From contig OX597833.1 in assembly GCA_951406725.2 (NCBI GenBank), forward strand, positions 33,542,001 through 33,606,000: a stretch of DNA of 64,000 nucleotides, given 5' to 3'. The stretch comes from Octopus vulgaris. Lineage: Eukaryota. The translations under genes and the position numbers were made by a program. This document shows, piece after piece, positions 12,540-24,880 of this stretch; positions within the stretch are counted from its first letter, which is position 1, and each line of letters opens with the position of its first letter. Below the pieces are notes generated by a model. That model had not been told where the DNA came from. It did not search any database and saw nothing but the letters and a program-made list of their open reading frames with translations.

Positions 12540-14413
12540 AGCCCGATTAAAGGAGGGCGGCAGGGCAATCATCATTATGGACTCGGACGACAGACGGATC
12601 TGTCCTACACGCGACAGCTGCTATTCGACGTAACTCCACAAGTCAGCAATGCCCGGACACTGAATGAGAGCATGCAGAACGGTTTCGTTGCTTTGCGAGT
12701 ATCTCGGACAAACCCGTCTGACAAGCACATCCGTGCCTGTAGAGTTTATCTCGAACCGGTAGCGCCCCTCGGTTGCACTGCCAGGACAAAGACATCTGGA
12801 AATTATCAATAACGGTCCCTGACCGGAAAGTCCTCCGGAATAGATTTGCCAGTTCATCTTCGCCGACGCCTAGGGTCTCCCCGAGGATACCGTCGCACTT
12901 CCCCGATACTAATCCTTTGTAAATTCCGAAAGCGGAAGATCCACCAATCCTATTACCCGACTTGTACAGGAAAGTGAGCACCTGACGACATTCTAAGTAC
13001 CAGGCGCCCAGTTTCGGCCTATCCTTTACCCAGGACTGCAGCTCCGTCAAGGGGACGAGCTACGGAAAGGCGTAGCTTACAAACGTTCACCTAAAAATCG
13101 CTGTAGGTGGCGTGACCTGAGTACGTGTCCGTGCATTAAAAGCCATGGCATGCCTAAGCCGCCACGCAAAGGAAGTTGGCAACAGACCGACTGCCTGACC
13201 ATTGGAAAGCATCCCTTCTACAAGAAAATAAACAGGATACGTTCCAATCTAATCAAGCAGTAAGGCACGACGGTCAGATGATAAATAATGACAGAGTCAA
13301 TGTAGGCATTCACCACTTCTGTCCGACCTTTCAGTGACAGCTACCTCTCTACACATTTCTGGGTAAGAAAGGTCACCCTGTTCGTTTCCTCTTCCCAATT
13401 GTTATCCAGACCAAACCATTACCCGAGCAGTTTAACTGGTCCGTCAGTCCAGCATCCGACGGCATCGGTCTGCCTCTCCAGGTACCCAGTCACAATCCCA
13501 CCGACTTGTCGGCATTCATTTTGGCCCCTGCAACCGACTCATATTCCTTTACAATGGAGCCGACCTTCTCCACTTTGGAAGCGTCCGACACCATGACGGT
13601 GACGTCATCTGCATATGCAGACACTGCCCTCCCGAGTCCAATTTCGAAAGGCAGGCTTCTTAATTGTTCCAGCTTCCGCAGCAATAGCTCGAGAGTCAAC
13701 ACATACAGAAGTGGTGACAGTGGACAGCCTTGACGGACCGAACGAGCGATGCTAAATGGTCCCGATAGGTGGCCATTTACTTTGACCACCGAGCAGGTAT
13801 CGCTGTGCATTGCAGCAATCCAGCCTCTGAAAACGGGTCCGAAACCAACCGCTTTAAGGACGGCTTCCAAGTAGCGATGGTCTAATCTATTGAAAACATT
13901 TCGACTGATCTAAATTGATCAGGGCCCCACCGAAGCCAGCTTTAGTCCCAGGCCTCTCTACGATGTATCGTATAAGGTGGAGGTTGTCGTGGATAGATCT
14001 GCTCGGAATTGCGTACGTTTATGCCTCTCTGACCAGACTACCAACGACATGCGCCAACCTTTTCGCCGACACCTTGGCCAAAATATTAAACTCGGTGTTT
14101 AGCAGAGATATGGGCCGAAAATTCACTAACACGTCCCCACTGTCGGCGTCCTTTCTCAGCAGTGTTACTATTGGAGATCTAAGGATTTCCGGAGTAGCAC
14201 TGCAACACCGCCACCCGCTCCCAATAGACAACCAAATGAGAATACCTCGTAGTCCTCGAAAATAGATGCTTGAGCGTGTTTTAGGGAGATCTTTGTTTCA
14301 CTAAAGGCAACCACATCCGAATCAAGAGACCTAAGATCATCGAGCAAGTGACCTTGCTTCCAAGCTGATCCCAGGCCACGCACATTCACACACCCCATTC
14401 TCAGCACAGCCAT
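12540..14413 (-). mobile_element. Tx1/L1-clade LINE ORF2 (APE endonuclease, RT, C-terminal zinc knuckle), degenerate and internally deleted
   Basis: GCVNVRGL...VVAFSET (APE), NFRPISLLN, VRQGCPLSPLLY, AYADD, CPRY..ETVLHALIQC. Confidence 0.9.
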
Positions 14414-16078
14414 GCTGATCAGAGAAAGAAAACCTTGGTTTTCGAGAAGTCCAGAAATTCCAGGCTTCTCTACTGGCGAACATTTTTTTTAATGGCCCTT
14501 CCACAGCCTTTTTTCAACAGATATTTATTAAATCCCCACATTACCGATGAAATTATAGTTTTATAAATGTCTTACGACGTTTTAATTAATAGTCTGTCCT
14601 TGAAAGATTTGAAGATGAAATCCTCAAATTCCTTTCCCTCTGTTTCTATTTTGATTTTGTTTTGACTTACAAAATCCATCAATTCACTGTTACACTAGTT
14701 CACAACAGTGAAATTGATGGATACATTTCGTCAACAGAAGAGATTTTATTTAATTTCTAGCAATTCGTTCGACTACAATGGCGCTTTGGTTTTACCATCA
14801 GGTTTTCTTCCTCGCATTAATAAATCCCTACACTGTCATTTCACACTAAAACTTTGCTAACAACTCTACAAATTAAAACCTTTAACATTTCCTCTACCAG
14901 CTAAGACGAAGGAAGGTGGATGGAATTTAAATAAATGACATGTGGATGCCATTATTCTTATTTTTTTTATATTTCATTTTTTCTTTTGTTTGTTTATCTA
15001 CTTCGTCCACCATTACTAGCTCTGTTGACATTACTATGTCAGTTCCCAAACATTACCGTTGCCGTAGCAATAAACAAAATATTTACACTTGCTTGCGAAA
15101 TATTTTCTCTAAATTTGTCTAAATTTAATTTATAACATATGTTTAGACATGAGTTGAGGCATAAAGAATGCAGAAACAACAAAAACCATTGTGAGCTGGT
15201 GGTTGTAATTGTCAACGACTGTTATTAATAAAGAAACGATTATTTACGCTGTGAAGGACAATGACGTGGCAGAGTCTTCTATCATAATTCTATTCACATT
15301 TAAACAACATTATATGAATATAAACCTCTTCAAACACTTCATTGATCTTGTATTTCACCGAACCCGGAAGGATGAAAGGCAAAGTTGACCTCGGTGGAAC
15401 GTGGAGAGTTGTGATTTTTCCTATCTAGCTAGCTATCGACGAACGGAATCGGTAGAGCGATGGATAGGCAAAATACATCATGGTATTTAATTGTGTCACT
15501 TTCTGAGTTTCAATTCTCGGAGAGATCAGTTTAGCTTATCGTCCCTCCAAAATTGATAAGTACCAGTCTGCTACTGGAATTTATATAATCCTTCCCTGAA
15601 TAAACGAACTTCCGCTAATGTTACAAGCCTTTGTTATTACTTTCATCGTGAACAGCGATTGGCACAATTTTGTAGATTAAAGAACAAACTAATTTTACGC
15701 CGCTTGATCAGTCTGAATTCTATTCAAATAACGGTTCTAAATTCTGACACAAGGCCAGCGATCTTAGGGAAGGGTGTAAATCGATTACATCGTCCCCAGT
15801 GCTCAACTGGGACTTATTTTATTAATCTCAAAAAGAGGAAAAGCAAAGAGCTGGAAAACATTTCTATAAATGATACTCATCTCTTACACTAATATAATAA
15901 ATAAATATTACAGTTATTGTTTTCTTAGAAAAGGGCATAGAGGGACATCTAGTTCTTGAAAATAAAGATCTGTTCTACCATTCCCGCCATGGTAGAACAG
16001 ATCTATAATCAATAATCCCCATATTCGCCATGATAGAGTAGAACTATGATCAAAGGTATTCTAGCCATGACCATCCCG

Positions 16079-17165
16079 CACGGGCGGACTGAGCCGTTGG
16101 TCAATCGGACACTGCCCGAGGGCCCAGAACTCTGAGGGGCCTGCACTCTACATATTAACTCTACTAAATCAATGCTAAGGGGGCTGGTAAACCGTTATGC
16201 CTGTAGAGAATACGACCGTGCGTAAGGAGTTGGTGACAAATATCTCCTTTTGTACACCGCACGGTCGTCCCTAACAAAATAAGAAGCCAAATACATTATA
16301 TAAAATACAGTGCCAAAAGGAATAAATGAGGACAACAAACCGTTCTACTGTTTGACAGAGAAAAAGACTTTATTTACAAGGTGTACAAAGAGAGTGTGTA
16401 TGAGTGCTAGCGGAGTGTTGTGTCTGGATGCGTGCGATAAGTGTTTGTGTCTGTGTGTTCGTGTGTGCGACAGAAAGGTGAATGCGTATACAACAGAAAT
16501 ACAGAGCATAAGGTGAATGTCTCAGCATATTGAGTTAAGATGGAATCTGTTTACCAGTTCGTAAGTGAGGTACACGATAGCAAGAGTTCTATAACAAGCT
16601 GTTGTGGACACCAGGCAGAGACCGGTTTGGGCACATGTCATGCCGCGGTTGGGGCTTCAATGCCGTGCCGAGTCTCTTGATACAGAAAGTTCTTTCGGGT
16701 AGACTGCAACTGTTTTACTTCGGTGAAATATTCACAAACAGCGTGGAGTTTAAACCTGGGCGATGTTGATGTGTGCATATTTGAACTTGACGGTGGTGGA
16801 GACGTCCTACGGTGCTGGTGTACATTAGCGTCCTTCATGGCTGAAGCAGGAGCATGGCTGGCTGGTTGGCTGGTCGTCTGTCGCTGGAACTGGAACACGG
16901 CTGAGAAGCTCAGTGGTCAGTAACTAAACCTTAGAAGGTCTAGAGCCAAAGGCCGCGATTGAGTGGCTTATACACTGGCGCGAAATAAGTCGAAAGACAA
17001 ACTGCGCCAAATGCCAACCAATCAGATCAGTGGACACAACAGGGTTAAACTAGCCAAAGATGGTTGTAATCTCAAACGAGATCATTCCTAATATGTCTCT
17101 CAAACAGTGAGGATATCAGTCACACTACATGCCCAAGGGCCCTTAATGCTCTCAGCCCGCCCTTG
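16079..17165. mobile_element. Short non-autonomous DNA transposon (hAT- or P-like MITE) interrupted by a solo LTR
   Basis: 15-bp TIRs CACGGGCGGACTGAG and CTCAGCCCGCCCTTG; 7-bp flanking duplication CATCCCG / CATCTCG. Confidence 0.7.
16202..17129 (-). mobile_element. Solo LTR (928 bp), probably Ty3/Gypsy
   Basis: TGTAG...CTACA termini; exact 4-bp TSD TGCC at 16198-16201 and 17130-17133; minus-strand TATAA near 16970 and AATAAA at 16369-16374. Confidence 0.85.
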
Positions 17166-19404
17166 CATCTCGTCTTTCATGTTTCCGTTATTCATTGTTT
17201 CCTGCCGTTTTTTTTTAAGATAGAGTGTGATTTGGTTGCTAATTCCACAGATCAAACAATTGCATAAAAGTTCCTTCACTGAAAATTAAGTTAATTCTGT
17301 AGGTGCAATTATAATTGCGCCTACAGAATAATTATTTGCCTTCGTTAATTATCTTGAGAAATGCATTACTATTACAAATTCTTGTTTTACCGCCCAGTTA
17401 TAACTCATGGTCTTCATGGCTACCCGAACAAAATCATTATGTCATCATTTGTTACCGTTTTCTACTCGCTCATCCATTTTTAACCTTTCTAACAAATTCG
17501 CAGAATATTGTGTGATATTGCACCATGAATCTATTTGCCACAGGAAATATGACTATGATGGTTACATTTGACAATAGATCTTCTAAAGCTAAATTTAATT
17601 TTCTATAGTTAGCATCTTTATATAAGCTGTTGTTGAAAGTCATCGTTTTAGAAAATAAATCTTTACTTCAGATGTAACAATGGTGGCGGCTACTGCTTCT
17701 GCAATAAAGATGGTGTCATGTTGTTGTCGCTATGGTTACAAGTTATGACGGACAATGGCGTGGGTTTTCAGTGGTCGTCTGTTTTGTTTAAAGCCAGAAC
17801 GAAATATATAGATTTGTTTTTCTTTCCCTTTATTTCACTTTCTCTTTCGAGTTTTATTTTATTTTGATTATTCAATCGAAATGTTTATGGTTTGTATTAT
17901 GAAATCAATGTCGCTGTCACTGTTAACGTGGAAGTCGATCTATTGATCAAGTTAGCCAATTCAAGCAGCTATACTTCAGTATTAGGAAGGGTTTTACGAT
18001 TTCTACATACATTATACATAGCTAAACCCAAACGCAGTGGTTCTCAATTATTATGTATGTATGTATGTATGTATGTATGTATGTATGTATGTATGTATGT
18101 ATGTATGTATGTATGTATGTCTATTGTAATGCACTAGATATCTAATAAAACATCATTGACGAACGATAAATGGAAACTTAAAAAAAACATCATAATGATA
18201 ATCCTTCCTACTTTAAGTACATGCCCTGAAATTTTGTTGGAGGAGGGACTAGTCAATTACACTGACCCAAGAACTTAACTGATTCTTATTTTGTCAACAC
18301 CCCAAAAGGAAGAAAGGCAAAGTTGACGTTGATGACATTTGAACTAAGCACTGTCCTATATGTTAACGATTTTGCCAGCTCGTCACCTCTATAGTGATTC
18401 TTATAATGCTTTCTACTATAGGTACAAGGCTTGAAATTTTGAAGGGAGATTGTTAGTTGGTTACATTGGCCCCAGTGTTTAACTAGTACTTCTCTCATTG
18501 GCCGTGGAATGATGAAAAGAATATCGCAAAGCATTTCATTCGACGCTCAAACGATTCTGCCAAATGATACTAATAGTCTCTAATTTAGGCACAAAACCAG
18601 CAATTTTGAATGGAGAGGATAAAATGAAGTACCCGTCAAGTAAGTACTGGGGTTCGAGTGATATTCTAAAAATATAGAAATAAAGTAACAAACTTATTGC
18701 CCACTTTGTTTTATAGAATGTACTTGTGTATAACAAAATTATGAATTATTCCTTTTTCAAGACACTCAAGCAGTTGTATAGACTTTTTAAAGACTTCAAT
18801 CAGGGATGGACCCAAGGAAGGGGGCCTGAGGGGCACATGCCCCACTCAAGAAAAGAAGTGTTCTCTTCTAAGTAATGTTACGCCCTTTTCTCCAGGAATT
18901 GTATTTATTCCCTTCTGATTTTGTGTCCTCCCTTCGAAATATTCCTGGTACTGCACCTAACAGTTACATTGTTTAAGTCCCCCAGTGTGCCTTAATACTC
19001 CTTGCCGCTCTCCTGCTTGAGAACTACTGTTTTCTAGTTTAGTTAATAAAGAAAGAGAAATTTGGAGTGGAGAGTAATTCATCCAAATATGAAATTGACT
19101 GACTGAAAGTAGGTATTTGGTAATTACATTAAAAATTACTTGGCAATATTTGAGTTTTGCTCAAATATAGCTAAAAACTAAACTACAGAGGTATTTTACA
19201 TGCACAAATGAATGAAAAATTGAACTGTCAATTACTAATATTTTTAAAATGTTATTTATCAAACAAAAAATATCAGGTTTTTTTTTTTTGTTTTTTTACA
19301 AAGTATTCATGATTTCTGATTTTGGCAGATGGCCAGTAACTTTGAGAAGATTTAATCAATACCATTAGCCTCAGTCCTTGACTGGTATTTTAATTTATCA
19401 CCTC

Positions 19405-19825
19405 AGGTATTGCTGTGTGGTAAGAAGCTTGCTTCCCAAACACATGGTTCTGGGTTCAGTCCCACTGCATGGCAACTTGGGCAAGTGTCTTCTACTATTG
19501 CCTTGGGCTGACCAAAACCTTGTGAGTGGATTTGGTACACAGAAACTGAAAGAAGCCCATTTTATGTATGTGTATATATGTGTGTGTGCGTGTGAGTGTG
19601 TGTGTCTGTCTGTGCTTGTGTTTTTTTCCCACCACTGCTTAATAACCAGTGTTGGTGTGTTTATGTTCCCTCCTGTAAATCAACACTTCAGCAAATGAGA
19701 CTGATAGAATAAGTACTAGGCGAAAAAGAAAGTCCTAGGGTGAATTTGTTCAATTAAAAGCCCTTCAAGGTGTTTCCCCAGCATTGCTGCAGTCAAATGA
19801 CTGAAACAAGTAAAAGACAAATGAT
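19405..19825 (+). mobile_element. SINE family B
   Basis: TGTGTGGTAAGAAGC head, GGGTTCAGTCCC B-box, CORE-like CTTGGGCAAG, internal (GT)n, tail GACTGAAACAAGTAAAAG. Confidence 0.88.
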
Positions 19826-20457
19826 AAAATCCTGCGGAAGGATGAAAAACAAAGTTGAAAAGAGCAGGATTTGAACACAAACAACCAGAAGAAATATCGT
19901 GAAGCATTTTCCAGATGTCCTAACAATTGTCTTAGCTTGCAAATTTACAAGCTCTTAAATATTGAGATTTTTTGTGAAATTCGCCTAACAGAAATTTCCA
20001 TAATCAACATTCTGGAAATAGAAATTACATACATTCACCATTCCACAACTACACAACCACCTCCATATTACCCACTCTTCACCACAACTACACCCACCAC
20101 TACTATCATCACAACACTAGTACCACACAGTCACCATTATTATTGCTATATCATTACTACCACTACAACTATACCAACACATATTACTGTGCTAGTAAGG
20201 CAATGAATACAGAACACTGGATAAAATGTCTTGGCTTCTGTTGCTCTGAGTTCAAATCCCATTGAGGTCAGTTTGGCCCTTCATCCCATCATAATTCCTT
20301 CAAATTTTGGCACAATGCCAGCAGTTTTGGAGTAGGGGGTAAGTCAATTGCATCAACCCTGTATTCAACTGGTATTTATTTTATCAACCCCCACAAGAAT
20401 GAAAATGCAAAGTCAGCCTTGGCAGAGTTTGAACTCAGAACATAAAGACAGACAAAA

Positions 20458-20632
20458 GGCACAGAAGTGGCTGTGTGGTAAGTAGCTTGCTTACCAACCA
20501 CATGGTTCCGGGTTCATTCCCACAGCATGGCACCTTGGGCAAGTGTCTTCTACTACAGCTTCGGGCCGACTAAAACCTTGTGAGTGGATTTGATAGCCGG
20601 AAACTGGAGGAAGCCCATCATATATATGTATA

Positions 20633-20691
<59 letters not shown>

Positions 20692-20898
20692 CTATGTTTG
20701 TCCCCACCAACATTGAGTGACAAGCAACAGTGGTGTGTTTACATACCCATAACTTAGCAGTTTGGCAAAAGTCTCCGATAGAATAAGTACTAGGCTTACA
20801 AAGAATAAGTCCTGGGGTTGATTTGCTCAACTAAAGGTGGTGCTCCAGCATGGCCACAGTCAAATAACTGAAACAAGTAAAAGAGTAAAAGAGAGAGA
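20458..20898 (+). mobile_element. SINE family B inserted in a minus-strand family A SINE (20295-20945)
   Basis: Family A sequence stops at GACAGACAAA and resumes at AAGCATTTTGCCC after the family B tail. Confidence 0.88.
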
Positions 20899-20956
20899 GT
20901 AAGCATTTTGCCCAGCATGCTAACAATTCTGCCAGCTCACCACTTTAATGAATAAT

Positions 20957-21172
20957 ATCAGTTTCAAATTTTGGCACAAAGCCAGCAATTTTGGGGTAGT
21001 GGGTAAGTCAGTTGCATCAACCCCAGTATTCAACTGGTACTTATTCTATTGACTCTGAAAGGATGAAAGGTAAAGTTGACCTTGACAGAATTTGAACTCA
21101 GAACGTAAAGATGGACAAAATGCCACTAAACATTTTGCCTGGTATGCTAACAATTCTGCCAGCTCTCTGCCT
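20957..21172 (-). mobile_element. SINE family A
   Basis: Full-length match to other copies. Confidence 0.88.
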
Positions 21173-22121
21173 TCCTTCATCCTGTCATAACAAATAAGTC
21201 CTAGGGTTGTATTTTTCTTCTCCTCACTTTATTCTTCTTTCTCACTTTCTTCTTCTTCTCTCACTCTCTCTCTCTTTATTGAGGGAGAGAGAAATGCCCA
21301 TGGAATACTCTGCCACTTAGACATCAATTTCACAAGTAGAAATTCAGTTGGTCAAACACTGAATGATCATCACCGATACAGACAGAGAATCTACCACCAC
21401 CGCCAACATCACTCTTGTAAAAATAAAAAATAAAAATAATAAAAATTGATCCAGTTGTCTTATTGCCAGACTCAATTACGTGCATCATTTATCAGTATGG
21501 TGTTTTGTATTTAACAATGATACTGGCTTGCAACTGGTGGTGGTTATGGTGGTAGTAGCAGCAACAATGATGGTGATGGTGACAGTGGAGATGGTGGTGC
21601 TGTAGTAATGACGGTGGCAATGCTGCTACAATGGTGGTGGTGGTGGTGGTGTTGGCGGCGGCAGTGGTGGCAGAAGCAGTGATGGTGACAGTGATGATGA
21701 GGGTAATGCTGCTATATGGTAGTGGTGGTGGTGGCGGTTGTGGTGTGTGTGGGGGGTGAAGATGGTGGCCATGGTATTGTTGCTGTGGAGGTGGTGGCAT
21801 AATGCTACTGCAATGCAACTGTGGGTTTGATTTGTGGATCTTCTAATGAAGCTTCACAAATAAGCAGAAATGTATTCAGTTCTCTATAATTGTCAGAGTT
21901 GTGTGTGTGTGTGTATGAATGCATGTGTGTGTTAGTGTGTTTGTGTGTATTTCTCTCTGTACATGCATTTATGTCTCTGTATGAGCATTTATGTGTGTGC
22001 TTTTGTTATTCTCTTTTGTGTGTCTGTGTATGTTTAATGTGCATGTGTATGTTAGTGCAAGTGCTTGTGTTTTCTCTTTGTGTCTATGTGTTTTCCTGCA
22101 TATGTGGTTATGAGTGTGTTT

Positions 22122-22157
<36 letters not shown>

Positions 22158-22730
22158 CTGCGTGTGTGTGTGTGTGTGTGTGTGAGAGTGTACATAATAT
22201 AATCTTTGAAGTGCACTAGTAGTTACATTGCTGGACTAATATTCTCTAAATCTGCATAAGATGCAGCAATTAGAGCATCAAAGTGCAGCTACCACCTCCA
22301 CTACAATCACCACAGCCATCAGTTGCAACACCAAGAACTTCATCAACAACACTCCTGCCAGAAACAATCTGTAAATCTGCATAATATGCAGCAATGAAAC
22401 CATCCAACTGCATTGCTATAACCACCCAGCACTATCATCACTGCTACCTTCACCACCATCGTGTCTACTGTGACAACCATTACCAACACTATCAATTAAT
22501 ACTGCAACCTCCCCCACCATCACTATTACCCCCTCCCCAACACCCCTAATACCATCTCTGCTACTGAAACTACCAGAAGATGGTTCTAAACTAATTAGGT
22601 TTACAGACTACAGCTGACTTGCAGCCTGCCCTTCCATTTGCAATGGATGGGTGAATGAGAACAGAAGCAGGGTTCCAATCCAGACAATACTTAAAACTTT
22701 ACCTATATACATACAAATTTATATGCATGT

Positions 22731-22775
<45 letters not shown>

Positions 22776-23100
22776 TGCATGCGTGAGCATACACATGCAC
22801 ACACACACACATACATACAGGTATGGTGATGTAAACAGGGAAAATACAACTCAAAATAGGAGAATATGTATGATTGATTGATTGATTCTAGTTTCAGCTT
22901 ATGAGCTGTGGCCATGCTGGGGCACCGCCATTTAAATGAAAATATTATTATTAATGTTTAGCAGAAGCCAAAAAGCCAATGCACGAAACCCTTGGGCCTC
23001 AAGTCATTCCACTTGCTTCTGCTAAATATTAATAAAAATGTGTATGATTGCGTTTGTGTATATGCGTGCATGTGCATGTGTGTGTGTATATGTGTGTGTA

Positions 23101-23230
23101 CAGGGTGGGTCAAAGGTCATGCACCAAAACATTTGACATTTTATTTTGCGTTATTATTAGTATTATTGAAATGTGTTTTATATAGCAAATTAGTTCTAAA
23201 CTTACCAAATGACTTTTGGATCACCCTCTG
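23101..23230. mobile_element. Tc1/mariner-type MITE
   Basis: TA then CAGGGTGGGTCAAAGGTCAT, with ATGACTTTTGGATCACCCT at the other end. Confidence 0.55.
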
Positions 23231-23273
23231 TGTATGATGGGTGTGTGTGTATACATACATATATATATATATG

Positions 23274-24839
23274 CTAGCATTATGACCCGTCGTTGCCAGG
23301 TCATAGTACTAGTGCATGTATATATGTCTATATATATGTGTACATATTACATGTACATCTATATATATACATTTACACATAAAATACAAAATACAAAGTT
23401 ATATCTTGATATCGCTAGTGATAACAATACTCAAAAACATATAACAGACTGGAATTGTAGGCCCGTCTCTTGCAATTTCGATCAATTGTATCTTGTCCTC
23501 CCTCTTGTATAGAAGTGTGGCTACAATCCAGCCTACCTCTACTTCTGGGGGGACATTTTTAATAAAGGTAAAAATAAAATATTTCTACTTTGCAAGGTTC
23601 GAGTCGAGTACTCCCTTGCACGCTCCGTTGACTCGAACTTTGCTTCTATGGTGGCGAATTTACCGCCTCTGGTTAGATGTCTTTCATAGTCTCACCAAGA
23701 CACTTTTCGATGGTGCTTTCCTCCAGGTGTTCAAATTTTTTTTTTCTCTACATTGTATACTTTATAGACAATAGTCTTTTCTTTAATCTTATTTTTCATT
23801 TCGTTTGGTGGTGTTATCCTAGATTCACCATCTTTGTCGGTGATCAATCCGAAATAGGTTTGTATTTCTTCCATTTTAACTTTAATGAGTTTGCGCCCGC
23901 CAACAGCTGAAGAGAAATTCATTTTTGAACTTTCTTCTATCGAAGGCATTTTAACAAAAATGCTTCCATATAAACGGTGAAAATATTGTCAATTTCCCCA
24001 AACAGGAAAACAATTCAATTTTTTAAACAATAGCCAATGCTCCTTCTCCCAAAAGGGGGAGGGTTACGGTTTACAAGTATTTAATAAATGCAACACAACA
24101 ACGTTTCCCTTACGAGGAACCAACAAATGTGGTAACAATAGTTAAACAGTAATAATAATAACAACAAACCTTACGGTGAATCAAAAAGCAGTATGCAGTT
24201 GAAGCTATAGTCCTTTATGTATAAGAAATAGACCAACAGCAGTGCTCAGTAGAAGCGGCTGTTCAAGAAAACAGACATTACATACAGCCAAAATTTATAT
24301 AGATACTTAAGGCTAGCTAATTAGCAGATAATCTAATGTAAAAGCCATGGTAAAGGGTATGTGCACAGCTCCATCTGGACTATTCCATTCTGCACACTAA
24401 TTTTATTTTTAATTTATTCCCATTCATGTGAAACCACTTATTCAGCTTTGAGTCATTGATGCAATTTTATATCAATTGCTATTTTTACTTTTGTTATGTT
24501 ACGATTATATTATACTTTAGTTTGATTTTAATTATTACTTACTACATATAATTCAATAGTTATTATTATCTCTAATATTTATTGTTAAAGTGAAAGTATC
24601 TGACATAAAATAGAGAAATGTTTTTGTTTCACTTTTAACACATAATACTGAAATAGTGGAGAGAAGATATGATATTGCTATGGGCTCGCCCCAGGCAAGA
24701 AGTCAAACATTTTTTTGCCCATGAATCTACATGGACCCTAAGTAAGGCATGTGTAAAATTTGAATGAAATTGGTTGTGTAGTCCTCAAGTTTAGGGAAAC
24801 ACACAGACAGATACACAGACTAACAGACACACATTCTCA

Positions 24840-24870
<31 letters not shown>
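23274..24870 (-). mobile_element. Non-autonomous Helitron carrying a captured coding fragment
   Basis: Minus-strand 3' end has hairpin ATGACCTGG-CAAC-GACGGGTCAT then CTAG (23274-23277); 5' end CAGTTTTATATATA motif shared with the Helitron at 47162. Confidence 0.8.
23455..23949 (-). pseudogene. Captured LINE ORF1-like (RRM-type) fragment inside the Helitron
   Basis: MPSIEESSK...KTIVYKVYNVEKK.FEHLEESTIEKCLG, continuing after a frameshift as LTRGGKFATIEAKFES...NVPPEVEVGWIVATL. Confidence 0.55.

Positions 24871-24872
<2 letters not shown>

Positions 24873-24880
<8 letters not shown>

Noticed and set aside
16638-16923. 86-aa and 66-aa ORFs inside the LTR
   Set aside because: No gag or pol motifs; lie between the LTR TATA and poly(A) signals
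18035-19029. CAGTGGTTCTCAA / TTGAGAACTACTG pair as one hAT element
   Set aside because: No matching TSD and the interior is a patchwork of SINEs; may be two separate remnants
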